DNA of 37,066 nucleotides from Candidatus Nanopelagicales bacterium (GTDB lineage: Bacteria; Actinomycetota; Actinomycetes; S36-B12): positions 1 through 37,066 of the forward strand of contig JBIIOS010000003.1 of assembly GCA_044336805.1 (NCBI GenBank). The letters are read 5' to 3'. Position 1 is the first letter of the stretch; the number at the start of each line of letters is the position of its first letter. Positions 36,699-37,066 of the stretch are shown piece by piece. Both the position numbers and the translations under genes were made by a program. A model generated the notes under the pieces. That model made no database searches. It was not told the DNA's origin and was given only the letters and a program-made list of their open reading frames with translations.

Positions 36699-36908
36699 AT
36701 GACTGAACAACACGAGGATCATGGTTCCACCCCGGCTGCTTGGACAACGGTTGTGATCGTTGTTTTGGCATTCGTCGTGGGAACGCTGGCGCTGATTTTA
36801 GGGAATTGGCCTTTGTTCTGGGTTGGAGTCGGGATGGTAGTCCTCGGCGGTGTTGTGGGCAAGGTCATGGCCATGATGGGTCTGGGCAAGAAAACCGTAA
36901 ACGCGTAA
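36699..36908 (+). CDS. HGxxPAAW family small membrane protein
   Basis: HGSTPAAWT followed by two TM helices and MGLG. Confidence 0.9.
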   Translation: MTEQHEDHGSTPAAWTTVVIVVLAFVVGTLALILGNWPLFWVGVGMVVLGGVVGKVMAMMGLGKKTVNA

Positions 36909-36933
36909 ATTCAACAGAACACATGGTGACCAC

Positions 36934-37066
36934 ATGAAAGTTCTCGTGGTCGAAGATGAACGGGCGATTTCAGACCTCATCGGTGTCTATCTAAGGCGTG
37001 AAGGTTTCGAGGTGCGGGCGTGTTTCGACGGCGAATCGGGTTTAGACGCCGCACAGAGTGAAAATT
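36934..37066 (+). CDS. Two-component response regulator receiver domain, probably OmpR-like (3'-truncated by window edge)
   Basis: ATG 36934: MKVLVVEDERAISDLIGVYLRREGFEVRACFDGESGLDAAQSEN, open to window end; absent from ORF track. Confidence 0.85.
   Translation, partial: MKVLVVEDERAISDLIGVYLRREGFEVRACFDGESGLDAAQSEN

Overview
A compact, conserved actinobacterial core region, with GC roughly 50-55% by eye and many overlapping or abutting genes. Gene order resembles Streptomyces; a streamlined aquatic lineage is plausible but is inference. In order: a complete dcw cluster (mraZ partial, rsmH, ftsL, ftsI, murE, murF, mraY, murD, ftsW, murG, murC, ftsQ, ftsZ, pgeF, yggS, sepF, yggT) with no divIVA at its usual place; a type-2 ileS on the minus strand; a histone-like/DksA fusion, lspA, an RluA-family synthase and dnaE; a membrane protein, ybaK and a stand-alone LON N-domain gene; hisDCBH-priA-hisF-hisI, trpE, two small Trp-operon-associated membrane genes and the start of a response regulator. 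No mobile elements, CRISPR, tRNA or rRNA were seen. The most interesting signals are non-coding or tiny. (1) An mraW-type RNA (CUUCCCC-loop hairpin in a three-way junction) precedes an unannotated 47-aa membrane ORF and rsmH. (2) A second element of similar architecture and the same loop precedes dnaE, and a C-rich-loop hairpin precedes ftsZ; each loop is complementary to its downstream Shine-Dalgarno (SD), hinting at a shared post-transcriptional link between wall synthesis, division and replication. (3) IleRS has a GXHH signature. (4) MurC and MurD carry atypical motifs. (5) There are many leaderless promoters, including a 23-bp bidirectional one.
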